From Lytechinus pictus (lineage: Eukaryota): a DNA stretch of 64,000 nt. Under the pieces are notes generated by a model that ran no database searches, was not told the DNA's origin, and saw only the letters and a list, made by a program, of their open reading frames with translations. How positions within the stretch are numbered: the first letter of the stretch is position 1; the number at the start of each line of letters is the position of its first letter. The translations under genes were made by a program, and so were the position numbers. The stretch spans positions 39,930,001 to 39,994,000 of the forward strand of contig NC_087251.1 of NCBI RefSeq assembly GCF_037042905.1. The letters run 5' to 3'. Below, piece by piece: positions 1 to 12,600 of the stretch.

Positions 1-1666
1 ACTCTAAATTACGTTACCCAAACAGGCAAACAGCTCTTAGCGGACCCAACTTGATATGATGTCCTAATTAAGATATTATACAATATTTCTGATTCTATTT
101 ACACAAAGTAGCCACTCGGTTTTTGCAAGCCCTTTTCCAGCGGTTGGATGCATTTTAATTATAATATTAATAATGATTATTCTTTTTAACCTACATGTAT
201 ATAGCGAAACTACCACAGAAGATCTTGGCGGTCTTGTAATGACAGTTTAAAAAACCATAGGCAATAATTTTTTTTTTATAAAGCCTTGGGAGTACCCCCT
301 TAATTGTGCCCCGCGTACATAATATTCTTTCTTTCCGTTCTTTCAGAAGTCGAGCGGATGATCAAAAGAAAAAAAAAATCCAATAATACTTAGTGAAATT
401 ATTATTTATTAATTATTTAATACAAGTGCATTTCTGTTTTCTCCACTTCTGATATATTTTTCCCTTTTCTTTCTGGATGCATTTATATGAACAATTATTC
501 TTTTTTTGTTGTTGTTCATCAAGGAAAACCACTTCAGCTGGTATTGGCCGTCTTCTATATAACTTTTAACTTCTGATCTTTATTGCCTTCTCTTTTCAGG
601 CTTGATACTTTTAAACATGAATATTCATAATGGCTCTTATTTCCCAGGTTAGACAGTTCCGTTGTGAGAGTTTTTTTTCCAGCGACCCTGCTATCATTAC
701 CATTAACAATGTATTTTTTAATGTAAGGTAACCTTTTCAGATTATTATTGACGTTCTTTTCTTTGTCTTACTAGCACTCCCCTAACCATGCTTCCGTGTC
801 CTACTGACACGATATGCTTTGGTTTCTTTCCCTCATTCTTAGAAGCAGGACGGCTGATACAAAAACAAGAGTCCAATATTATGTGCTGATTGAAATTTAT
901 AATTGATTTATTATGTTATCCAAGTATATTTCCGTTTCTTTGTATACGTCTCACTTTTTTTCCAGACTTGTTTTATTTCCTTCGTTACGAAGGGAGTCCA
1001 CTTCAACTGATGTTAGTGGTTTTCGATTAATCCTTCTTACATTAGTGATGACCGTTATTTTTCGTTAGCATTTGTAAGATAACCCTTAATAAAGACCTTT
1101 AATTTTTTTGTCTTCCATCGGCTATGCTAATGTATGTTATTGTTTCTCTTCTTTCACTCTAAGCAGAGTTGCTGAAAAGAATGGAAAAGTATGCTTCAAA
1201 ATTTCCCTTTCAATCATATATTATCAAATAATTGATTTTGGCATGTAATTTTCGTAACTTGGATCTTATGATCTTTATTCTCTTTTCAGGCTTGATACGT
1301 TTTAAACATTAATATTGATGACGACTCTCTTTTTTTACTAAGGATAACCACTTCAGCTATTATTGGCGGTTTTTCTTCTTTCCTACTAATAAAACAAAAC
1401 AAAATATTATATCGTCTTACTCTTAACAGCAATTGTTATTTTGGTTCAGGTTAGTCGGTTCAGCTTTTAATAGTGGATTTCCAACGCCTTTGCTGCCATT
1501 GCTATTAATAGATTAACATAACAATAACTCTTAATTACCTATAGGTAGCCACTTTAACTTTTATTGGTGGAGTTCCAGCGTACCCTGCTATTGAACATGG
1601 TATTTTTTATTCCCTTCTTTCATTCTCAAAACCAGGGTGGCTGATTCATAGACAGAAAATCCCATT
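1..1666. repeat. Tail of a ~10 kb tandem unit (array continues beyond the window start)
   Basis: ACTCTAAATTACGTTACCCAAACAGG at 1 recurs at 10297 and 20299, with a diverged equivalent at 30842. The following sequence is colinear. Confidence 0.95.
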
Positions 1667-2710
1667 TAACAAAATATTTTTTTAGCAAAATATGTAATTA
1701 CAGGGTTAGGATTCTCGTGAGATCTGAAACTGTGGCCCGCGGGACAATTTTGTGCAACCCGCCAAAACTTCGAAGATGATCAAGGTTAGTAGTTTGGTAG
1801 TGCTCTTTTCAAACATATCAAGTCACTTTTGTATTTACTAATGTGAGGGAAAGATTTCTCATCCAAACTTTTCTAAAGACTCGTCTTAAGCTTGTACTTA
1901 GATTTTAATCTGTTTTTGCTGATATACTTCCCATAACCTGTGTTAAGTATTATTTACCTGCATAGTTCTTATTCATCTCCAATCATGCCAATACATCTCG
2001 GAGAACTAGAATTCGTTCCATTCTGAATTTATATAGAAAAATAATTTAGGAGGTAAAATTACATCGGATATTATATATTTGTCTTCATCCAATATAACGA
2101 TTGTCATGATTATGTTCTCTTCTTTAAAAAAAATTATCTTAAATGTCTGTTTTATCACTTTCACATTCCACAGGCGTATGTATGGGGGCAGGGGGGGGGG
2201 GGGCTTGATGCCCCTTAAAAGTTGAACGATTAAGAAAGACAAAGAAAATAAAGGGAGAAAATGAAAGAAAAAGAGAAAATGGTGACATCGATTTATGAAT
2301 ATTATATCTCGATATATATCACAAAATTGTATTTTGATTTTAAAAGTTCAAGATTTTGCTGACTGTCAACTTTTTGGGAATTTTGCTTCGTAGGTAATAC
2401 CCTTTCCCTCCTTTTTTGGTCAACCAAAGGCCAGCTGCTAGTCGACCAGAATCCATATTGATAAATCCGTAATAAGTCGAGTAGTCACAATCAACTAAGT
2501 GTGCAGTTTCCTAATTGTGCCATAAATATTGCATTTAGGTAATTGCACATTTTGTAAATCAACCCAACATTTTCAACTTAACGGCATGTGACCGAATACT
2601 GGCAGAAGCCCCCCCCCCCCGTTGGTTTGTGACGCCTTTTTGTACCGGTATTCATAATGATTTTTGCATTGGTCTTAATGATACTTTTTATTTTCTTTTT
2701 AATTCCACAG

Positions 2711-3327
2711 TTTTCACAGAATTGAAAATCCGGAAGCTATCCTGAACTTTTTTCCCGAAATATGGACAAGGAGATTGAATGAAAAGTATTATGCACGTTT
2801 CCACAATAAAGACTCAATTCCCGTAAAAGTTTGAGTCTTTATTTACTTATAATTGACTTCACTACATCCATCACGCCTCCTCCAATGTTGAATTTGAGAA
2901 ATGAAGCATGGTGACTGCAAGTTAAAAGTGCTGGATAAATGCCTATTACTTTATGGACACGATACTTTCGGAAGAACTCCAGATGCAGAATCAGTCAACA
3001 AATGTCTTCGTGGACTGATCCCTTTATTTTTCGTGTACGAACTAGACACCATTTGAAGGCAGAGATTCGCCGAGACTAATCCGAACCTCACGGGAGGTTT
3101 GTTGATGGGTCTCTGGACGGTTGTTCTGCCCTTGATTTAGCCATTTGAACTTGATAATATTGTGAACATCAGCAGACAGAGACTTATTTGTGGAGCTGGG
3201 GAGAAATATTTAAAACACTGGATCTTAGAGGGAAATTTTGTTAGGAGCTGAAATCATGTTCCTGTAGACATGGATGCATGCCGATATCAGACAGAGAGGA
3301 CAGATGTCAGACTGAACATTTGTATGA
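2711..3327 (+). pseudogene. Exon-like, higher-complexity block without an open frame (equivalents 13021-13635 and 23120-23728)
   Basis: Polypyrimidine tract plus CAG acceptor at 2710 and ATGA|GTGAGT donor at 3327/3328 in all copies. All three + frames contain stops, and I recognise no protein family. Confidence 0.3.
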
Positions 3328-3699
3328 GTGAGTCCATTTTACCCCTAGAACAACACGGCAATATCACTTACTGATCTTAATGAAAGTTTGACATTTATGG
3401 ATATGGGTTACGGTTTAGTTTTAGTGCCAGGATTTGTAGAGTAAGTTAATTAGGCAAAACGATAGGGTTCCCCCATAGGAGCCTGACCGAAGCTTGATCT
3501 TAGCCCATCTTCATAAATGTTATTGTGTCATATCAAGAAGATTGCTGTGTTGTCACCTACGGGTAATCGAATTCATTTAATATTTTTTAATGCATATGTG
3601 CCGAAAGCTTTACAGCTTTTTTTAAAAGAAAAAGGTTGTAAGGCTTTTCCCCCTACAAATATCGTTGAATTGTTAGCGAGGATTCGGCGTAATTCCTTA

Positions 3700-3923
3700 C
3701 AGGGGCGGTGCCGGCAGTGAGGGGGTGGAGACGTTGCCTCTGAATTTTGTTTAAAGTACTTAAAGAAAATTACAAAAGAGGAGAAGAAAACAAAAACGAA
3801 TTAAACAAAATCAAAATATCGTATTTGTTCCTTGAACTCCATTAGAACAATATTACTCAAATGAAAAAAAAAATGACGTCACCTCTCGGTCGTCTTGCCC
3901 CCTATACCCTGGCGCCGCCCCTG
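3700..3923. mobile_element. Old short TIR element (hAT-like ends) within the unit
   Basis: CAGGGGCGGTGCCGG … CCTGGCGCCGCCCCTG terminal inverted repeat. No TSD visible. The left end is deleted in B and the right end in C. Confidence 0.6.
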
Positions 3924-5477
3924 GGTAGAAATACTTTCACATGCCAAGATTATGGTAGGTGAAATTATCGTAGAAAGCATTAACGACATTCGATATTCGG
4001 GCGTTAATCGATTTCGTATACGAAAGGCATTACGTTTGCCCTCGTAGGAACATCCGTAACGAACGTTTAAAAGGTGAGATATATTACATTTATTTTGTAT
4101 GTTTGATTATTTTTTTTATTTTTCGTTTGATTGATTTGGGTTAGCTTGCTGCCCAATTTACTTCATAGAGCAGGAGGAACTAAGTGCTGAGTAAGTACTT
4201 TTGTGTAATATTGATGGCATGCCAATTATACCTTTTTTTTTGAATTTCCATACAATTTCTACTTTACTTATAAGGATAATAGTGTGGTTCAGTACACAGT
4301 CCCATAGCAGATTGAGTTGTAAACCCCATGGAGAATTATTTCCCATGGTAATCCTCAAAAAGTCAAGTGTGAGTGCGAATGGATGGATCATGAATAGGCC
4401 TATCGATATAGAAACTGATAAAGAACCAAAATTCAAAGTAAAAAAAAAAGACCAAGGATTAGAATAGTTTAATATTCCACTTCTTCCTACATGTAGATAT
4501 GCTCAGATTGTTTTTGTACAATTTTCGTAATTCTTTTTGGACAGTTTAGTTCTAACAATTGACAGTCCCATGCACGTAACAGTAATAGATCTAGACATCG
4601 TTACCATTTTGGATATCACGTGTCGTGTTGACAATACTGAATATGGGCTATCAATCCGTTTCATATTTTTGTTATTTTATACGGGAAATTAATACTTTAC
4701 TATACCATGGTTGTTGCTCAAAGGATCGTGGGTTTTGAATGGGAAAGGGCCATTATATGTGCGTATAAGGAACAAATTGTAACAATCGTATAATATATAG
4801 CTTAAACATAGGCCTAACTTTCTTTATTTTATTATATCTAGATGAAACATTAGGAAATAATTAACAACCTAAAATGTTTACCGCATGGAGATGATGATGA
4901 TTATGATTATGATAGCAATAATAACGCCGGTTATTGTTCAATTCAGTTCAATTCAATAATGGCATTTATTGATGATTATGCCAAATTGTACATGAATTAA
5001 GCTGCAGCTGTAGCTTTCTCGTTTATAAAGGTTGTTGACACAATATATAATTTTAAAAATTATATGAAAATTAATGTAAAGTGTAATGAGGAAAGGACAA
5101 TGTTGTTTTATTTTGTAGATCTAGTGCATAATCATCACATTCAGAAATAATTATCAGAATCGAGATTTTGATTAACATGGATTTATTGTGTTTATGTTTC
5201 AGGTATGGAATACCCCAAAAATACTTACCCAGCATTAGCAAGGTGGTATTTGGACAGTACAAAAAATATTCGCGGCTTTCGTCGTCTTGCCAACCTGAGT
5301 GACTTGAAACCTCAGTTATCATGGTTATGTATACCCGGAGAACAATATACTTGTATCACGTCATGATCATAATGATTCTATGAATGTTGTCGAACTGGTT
5401 TGTGGGGCGAATTTTTAATGCCATGGTTTGTAGAAAAAGTCACGCATCTAGGGCCTTAGTATGAGGCCTTGACTAAA

Positions 5478-5665
5478 TGGTGGCGCTTTAGTTGAAATCG
5501 TCTTCTGGCTTTACTTTCGACGAGGAAAAAACATAAACAGTTGACTTTGTTTTTACGTTTTCGTCCGTCCACTCGTTGAGTCTCTCGTACGATCATTCGT
5601 TTCTTGCTTTTAGTCATCATGCTCAATACGTAGCACCGATCGTCTCGTTCGTTTGAATTATCGCG
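5478..5665 (+). promoter_or_regulatory. CpG-rich candidate promoter/first exon of the unit (equivalents ~15481-15676 and ~25912-26119)
   Basis: Locally dense CpGs in an AT-rich background. Preceded by (GA)GGTGGCGCT and ended by ATCGCG|GTAAGT in all three copies. Confidence 0.4.
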
Positions 5666-6541
5666 GTAAGTTTAATTTCACTAACTCTTATTACAATGAC
5701 TTTGTATACATCAATCAATGGTATCAGTCTATATCTTGTAATTCGTTATTAACATTGCTGTTTAAAATTCTCGTAATTTTGATTTGACACTTTAATACAG
5801 ATACACATTTCTTTACATTTAGTAAAGTGGTGGAGACATAGTTTTTCATAATATTACTGTTGATTTTATCATTAAAAGGGCTTTAGACAAATTAGGTACT
5901 CAGAAAGAATAAAATCAACGATCAAAATCAAACTGGCAACGACAACGGTTTAATATTTTCTATACCGATAGATCTAGATAATAAATAGAAATATAAAAAA
6001 AAGATGATTATATCAAGTGACAACAAACCATAAGGTTTGTATATTTGGTGCGGGTTTATGTATAATTAAATGCCAAACAGTCGTCAGAAACAAATTATTT
6101 TCTATTATTACTATTTTCTTGTTTATGTTCCAGGTGTTGGATATGAATAGGGGCCTTCATCTTTACGCGCTTTGGAAGAGAAGCTTCTGCAACCATATCG
6201 ACTAGCAAATACCCTCTTGGAAATCTAACAAGCTCCGCGAGAGTAATTTTCCTGTGGAACAATTATACAGCAGTTTTTTACACCGATATCAAGTAAAGCT
6301 CATACAACCAAAGAGGTTTAATACAGCTGAACAATTTATCGCATCCTTAGAAAGAACCAGATATTTGGTATTCTGGTAGGGTATGGTTGATTGTGGGGTT
6401 GACTATTTTGGTTGATATCTCGCAATGAGTAATGACGATATATACACAACCTGTAAAAAAAATGTAACGAAGTGTGATGATTTTAGTTGTAATGTCAGAT
6501 TGTTTGAGAGCCAGGATATGTATAAGTATTTTATTCCACAG

Positions 6542-9500
6542 GTTTCCTGCCAGCAGCGATTTGTCAAAACTAGTTTAATTTAGTAATCTTCGTCACCCTT
6601 CCATCAGAAAGCATGTATTTTCCTTCCAATTCCCACTAGCATCGTCACCCTGTCATCAGTGAATAACTAGCCGCCTTCCGTCTTCAACTAGCTTTGTCAT
6701 CCTTTCGTCAGAGAGCAACTAGTCTCCTTCCTTCTACTAATAGTTTCGTCACCCTTTCATCAGAAACTAACAATTCTCTTTCACTTTACCACTAGCTTTG
6801 TCAACCTTTTACCAGAGATCAACGAGTCTCATTCCATGTACCACTAGCTTCGTCACCCTTTCATCATAGAGCAACTAGTCTTCTTCCATTTACCAATAGC
6901 TTCTTAATACTTCCATCAAAGAGCAACTAGCTTCCTTCCATCTACCACTGGCTTCTTCACCCTTTCAGGAGAGCCCAATTAGTCTCCTTCTTTCTTCAAC
7001 TAGTTTCGTCACCATTTATAGCAAGTAGTCTCTTTCATCTACCACTAGCATTGTCATCCTTTCACCAGTGAGCAACTATTATCCTTCTGTCTCACACTAG
7101 CTTTGTCATCCATTCATCAGAGAGCAACTAGTCTTCTCCATCTACCACAAGCTCTATCACCCTTTCATCAGAGAGCAACTAGTCTCTTTCCATCTACCAC
7201 TAGTTCCATCACCCTTTCATCAGAAAGCAAATGGTTTCCTTCCGTCTGCAACTAGCTTCGTCACCCTTTAGAGCAAGTAGTCTCTTTCTATCTACCACTA
7301 GCTTCTTCATCCTTTCATCAGAGAGCAACTAGTCTCCTCCATCTACCACAAGCTCTATCACCCTTTCATCAAAGAGCAGCTAGTCTCCTTCCATCTACCA
7401 CTAGTTTCATCACACTTTCATCTGAGAAAATTAGTCTCCCATCTACCACCAGCTTCATCACCCTGTCATCAGAGAGTCTCTTCCATCTACCACTGGCTTC
7501 GTCACTCTTAAATCAGAGAGCAACTAGTCCCCTTCCTTCTTCAACTAGCTTTGTCACCCTTTAAAGCAAGTAGTCTCTTTCTATCTACCACTAGCTTGTC
7601 ACCCTTTCATCAGAGAGCAACTAGTCTTCTTCCATCTACCACTAGCTTCGTCACCCTTAAATCAGAGAGCAACCAGTCTCCTTCCATCTACCACTAGCTT
7701 CGTCACCCTTAAATCAGAGAGCAACTAGTCTTCTTCCATCTACCACTAGCTCTCGTCACCCTTTCATCTGAGAGTAACTAGTCTCTTTCATCTACCACCA
7801 GCTTCCTCACCCTGTCATCAGACAGTCTCTTCCATCTACCACTAGCTTCGTCATCCTTAAATCAGAAAGCAACCAGTCTCCTTCCATCTACCACTAGCTC
7901 TCGTCACCCTTTCATCTGGGAGGAACTAGCAACCATTCTATCTACCACTGGCTTCGTCACCCTTGCACAGAGAGCAACTAATCTCCTACCACAAGCTTTG
8001 TCACCCTTTCATCAGAGCCTCCTTCCATCTACCACTAACTTCGTCACCCTTCCTTGAGAGAACAAATAGTCTCCTTCCATCTACCGCCAGCTCATCTCCC
8101 TCCATCTACCACTAGTTTTGTCACCGTCTAATCAGAGAACATCTAGTCTCCTTCCATCTAACACTAGCTTCGTCACCCTTTTACCAGAGATCAACTAGTC
8201 TTAACTCCATTTACCACTAGTTTTGAAACCCTTTCATCTGGGAACAACTAGTCTCTCATCTACCACCAGCTTCACCACCCTGTCATCAGATAGTCTCTTC
8301 CATCTACCACCTGCTTCGTCACCCTTTCAGTAGAGACCAACTAGTTTCCTTCCTTCTTCAACTAGTTTCGTCACCATTTATAGCAAGTAGTCTTTTTCTA
8401 TCTACCACTAGCTTCTTCATCCTTTCATCAGAGAGCAACTAGTCTCCTCCATCTACCACAAGCTCTATCACCCTTTTATCAGAGAGCAACTAGTCTCTTT
8501 CCATCTACCACTAGTTCCATCACCCTTTCATCAGAAAGCAAATGGTTTCTTCCGTCTGCAACTAGCTTCGTCACCCTTTAGAGCAAGTAGTCTCTTTCTA
8601 TCTACCACTAGCTTCTTCATCCTTTCATCAGAGAGCAACTAGTCTCCTCCATCTACCACAAGCTCTATCACCCTTTCATCAGAGAGCAACTAGTCTCTTT
8701 CCATCTACCACTAGTTCCATCACCCTTTCATCAGAGAGCAAATGGTTTCCTTCCTTCTGCAACTAGCTTCGTCACCCTTTAGAGCAAGTAGTCTCGTACT
8801 ATCTACTACTACCTACGTTACCCTTTCATCAGAGAGCAACTAGTCTCCTTCCATCTACCACTAGCTTCGTCACCTTTTCATCAGAGAGTCTCTTCCATCT
8901 ACCACTAGCTTCGTCACCTTTTTATCAGAGAGCAACTAATCTCCTACCACACGCTTTGTGACCCTTTCATCAGAGCCTCATTCCATCTACCACTAGCTTC
9001 GTCACCCTTCCGTGAGAGAACAAATAGTCTCCTTCCATCTACCGCCAGCTCATCTCCCTCCATCTACCACTAGTTTTGTCACCGTTTAATCAGAGAACAT
9101 TTGTCTCCTCCATCTACCACAAGCTCTATCATCCTTTCATCAGAGAGCAACTAGTCCCCTTCCATCTATCACTAGTTTCATCACCTTTTCATCAGAGAGC
9201 AACTTGTCTCCATCTACCACTAGCTTCGTCACCTTTTCATCTGGGAGAAACTAGCATCCTTCCTTCTTCAACTAGTTTTGTCACCATTTATAGCAAGTAG
9301 TCTCTTTCATCTACCACCAGCTTCTTCACCCTTTCACATTCCATGTGACAACAAATAGTCTCCTTCCATCTTCCGCCAGCTCATCTCCCTCCATCTACCA
9401 ATAGTTTTGTCACCGTTTAATTAGAGAATATCTAGTCTCCTTCCATCTAACACTAGCTTCGTCACCATTTAATCAGAGAGTAACTCGTCTCCTTCCTTCC

Positions 9501-9601
9501 TACAGTTTCCATCCTAGCTTTTACCATGATCCTATTCAACATTTCACCGTTAATAAGTTCTGCTATTTCTATCGACCATTTCACCCTTCGTCTAAATAAA
9601 G
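6542..9601 (+). ncRNA. Putative giant repeat exon of a spliced non-coding transcript (equivalents 16584-19587 and 26995-30137)
   Basis: Acceptor TTTTATTCCACAG| ends at 6541 and donor AAG|GTAAGA follows 9601. Both are retained in B, and in C as TTTTATTCTACAG| and |GTAAGT. No long ORF; no transcript evidence available. Confidence 0.45.
6585..9500. repeat. 52-bp minisatellite array, copy A
   Basis: Consensus CTTCCATCTACCACTAGCTTCGTCACCCTTTCATCAGAGAGCAACTAGTCTC repeated dozens of times with length variants. Confidence 0.97.
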
Positions 9602-12600
9602 GTAAGAAATAATAGATATTTTGAATGTAATTTCACCTCCTTTTCACATTTAATCTAAAGCCATTAAGCTGTTTCCATATCAATTTATTACGCAACTATT
9701 AAAATCAAAGAGTATCCAATAAGTATGACAAAATCAATATTTAAGGTTACAATTAAACTGAGACTCAAAACTTTATGAGAAACTCCAATCATTATCATTG
9801 ATATAATATTATTAACTGTTTCTCCCATGATTTCAAAAAAGCCCGCCGCCCACCCCCCCCCCAATTTTTTTTTACCTTCTGCCAGGCCAAGCTGGAATCA
9901 AAAAGCATAAAATATTATTGATAAAATCTGAAGGAAACAACAGGGTAATGTTTGAAATGTGAATTTTCTCTTTACTTTAATTTCAGCTTAGTTTTAGCGA
10001 TATTTCATTTTTATTCAGGAGATATCTTTTGACAAAGTAATCACTGTTTTGATGGCAACAAGGACCTATAGAGAACACTGTTATTCAGATGTCACGATGA
10101 TTTCAACAGCAGAATCAGTAACTCAGTGGTATGTTTTTTATTTCCTTTTTCGGCTGGATAAGAGTAAAGACAATGCTAATAATAATAATGCTTATTTACT
10201 CAGGTTAGCCGCTTCGCATCAGCGTTTATTGGCAGTGTTTTACGAAAGTAGTACATTTTTTTAGATAGAGAATGTATCATGATACCAATGCTAACAACTC
10301 TAAATTACGTTACCCAAACAGGCAAACAGCTCTTAGCGGACCCAACTTGATATGATGTCCTAATTAAGATATTATACAATATTTCTGATTCTATTTACAC
10401 AAAGTAGCCACTCGGTTTTTGCAAACCCTTTTCCAGCGGTTGGATGCATTTTAATAATAATATTAAAAATGATTATTCTTTTTAACCTACATGTATATAG
10501 TGAAACCACCACAGAAGATCTTGGCGTTCTTGTACTGACACTTAAAAAAACCATAGGCAATATTTTTTTTTATAAAGCCTTGGGAGTACCCCCTTAATTG
10601 TGCCCCGCGTACATAATATCCTTTCTTTTCGTTCTTTCAGAAGTCGAGCGGATGATCAAAATAAAAAAAAATCCAATAATACTTAGCGAAATTATTATTT
10701 ATTAATTATTTAATACAAGTGCATTTCTGTTTTCTCCACTTCTGATATATTTTTCCCTTTTCTTTCTGGATGCATTTATATGAACAATGATTCTTTTTTT
10801 GTTGTTGTTCATCAAGATAAACCACTTCAGCTGGTATTGGCCGTCTTCTATATAACTTTTAACTTCTGATCTTTATTGCCTTCTCTTTTCAGGCTTGATA
10901 CTTTTTAAACATGAATATTCATAATGGCTCTTATTTTCCAGGTTAGACAGTTCCGTTTTGATAGTTTTTTTCCAGCGACCCTGCTATCATTACCATTAAC
11001 AATGTATTTTCTGATGTAAGGTAACCTTTTCAGATTATTATTGACGTTCTTTTCTCTGTCTTACTAGCACCCCTAACCATGCTTCCGTGTCCTACTAACA
11101 CGATATGCTTTGGTCTCTTTCCCTCATTCTTAGAAGCAGGGCGGCTGATACAAAAACAAAAGTCCAATATTATGTGCTGATTGAAATTTATAATTGATTT
11201 ATTATGATATCCAAGTATATTTCCGTTTCTTTGTATACGTCTCACTTTTTTTTCCAGACTTGTTTTTTCCTTCATTACGAAGGGAGTCCACTTCAACTGA
11301 TGTTGGTGGTTTTCTATAAATCCTGCTTACATTAGTAATGACTGTTATTTTTCGTAGGTTAGCCATTTCAGCTTTTATTGGCATTTGTAAGATAACCCTT
11401 AATAAAGACCTTTATTTTCTATGGTGTATAAAATTTATTTTTTTGTCTTCCATCGACTATGCTAATGTATGTTATTGTTTCTCTTCTTTCACTCTAAGCA
11501 GAGTTGCTGAAAAGAATGGAAAAGTATGCTTCAAAGTTTCCCTTTCAATCATATATTATCAAATAATTGATTTTGGCATGTAATTTTCGTAACTTGGATC
11601 TTATGATCTTTATTCTCTTTTCAGGCTTGATACGTTTTAAACATTAATATTGATGACGACTCTCTTTTTTACTGAAGATAACCACTTCAGCTATTATAGG
11701 CAGTTTTCCATCTTTCCTACTAATGAAATCAAATAATTTGCCTTACTTTTAATAATAACTCTTATTTATTTTTCCACGTTTGTCAGTTCAACTTTTAATA
11801 TTGGTTTTCCGGCGCCTTTGCTATCATTGCCATTAACCGATTAACATAACAATAACTCTTAATTACATATAGGTAGCCAACTTTTATTGGTGGAGTTCCA
11901 GCGTACCCTGCTATTGAACATGGTACGATTTATTCAATTCTTTCATTCTCAAAACCAGAGTGGCTGATTCTTAGACAGAAAGTCCCATTTAACAAAATAT
12001 TTTTAGCAAAATATGTGAATACAGGCTGAGGATTCTCGTGAGATCTGAAACTGCGACCCGCGGAACAATTTTGTGCAACCCGCCAAAACTTCGAAGATGA
12101 TCAAGGTTAGTAGTTTGGTAGTGCTCTTTTCAAACATATCAAGTCACTTTTGTATTTAATAATGTGAGGGAAAGATTTCTCATCCAAACTTTTCTAAAGA
12201 CTCGTCTTAAGCTTGTACTTAGATTTTAATCTGTTTTCGCTGATATACTTCCCAGAACCTGTGTTAAGTATCATTTACCTGCATAGTTCTTATTCATCTC
12301 CAATCATGCCAATACATCTCGGAGAACTAGAATTAGTTCCATTCTGAATTTATATAGAAAAATAATTTAGGAGGTAAAATTACATCGGATATTATATATT
12401 TGTCTTCATTCAATATAACGATTTTCATGATTATATTCTGTTTAAATGTTTAAATGTCTGTTTTATCTCTTTCACATTTCACAGGTGTATGTATGGGGGC
12501 GGGGGGGGGGGGGCTTGATGCCCCTCAAAAGTTCAACGATTAAGAAAGACAAGGAAAATAAAGGGAGAAAATGAAAGCAAAAAGGGGAAATGGTGACATC

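Larger units (their letters stand above)
1667..11989. repeat. ~10.3 kb tandem unit, copy A
   Basis: Colinear and highly similar to 11990-22363. Phase was set by where similarity ends at 32039 (…CTGATTCA/TACA…CCCATT). Confidence 0.95.

Noticed and set aside
3517..3720. 67-aa ORF repeated in all three units
   Set aside because: Recurrence follows from DNA duplication. It runs into a transposon end, its C-terminus differs in copy B, and I recognise no domain.
6585..9500. CRISPR-like array
   Set aside because: Monomers are contiguous with no unique spacers, the context is eukaryotic, and no cas genes are present.
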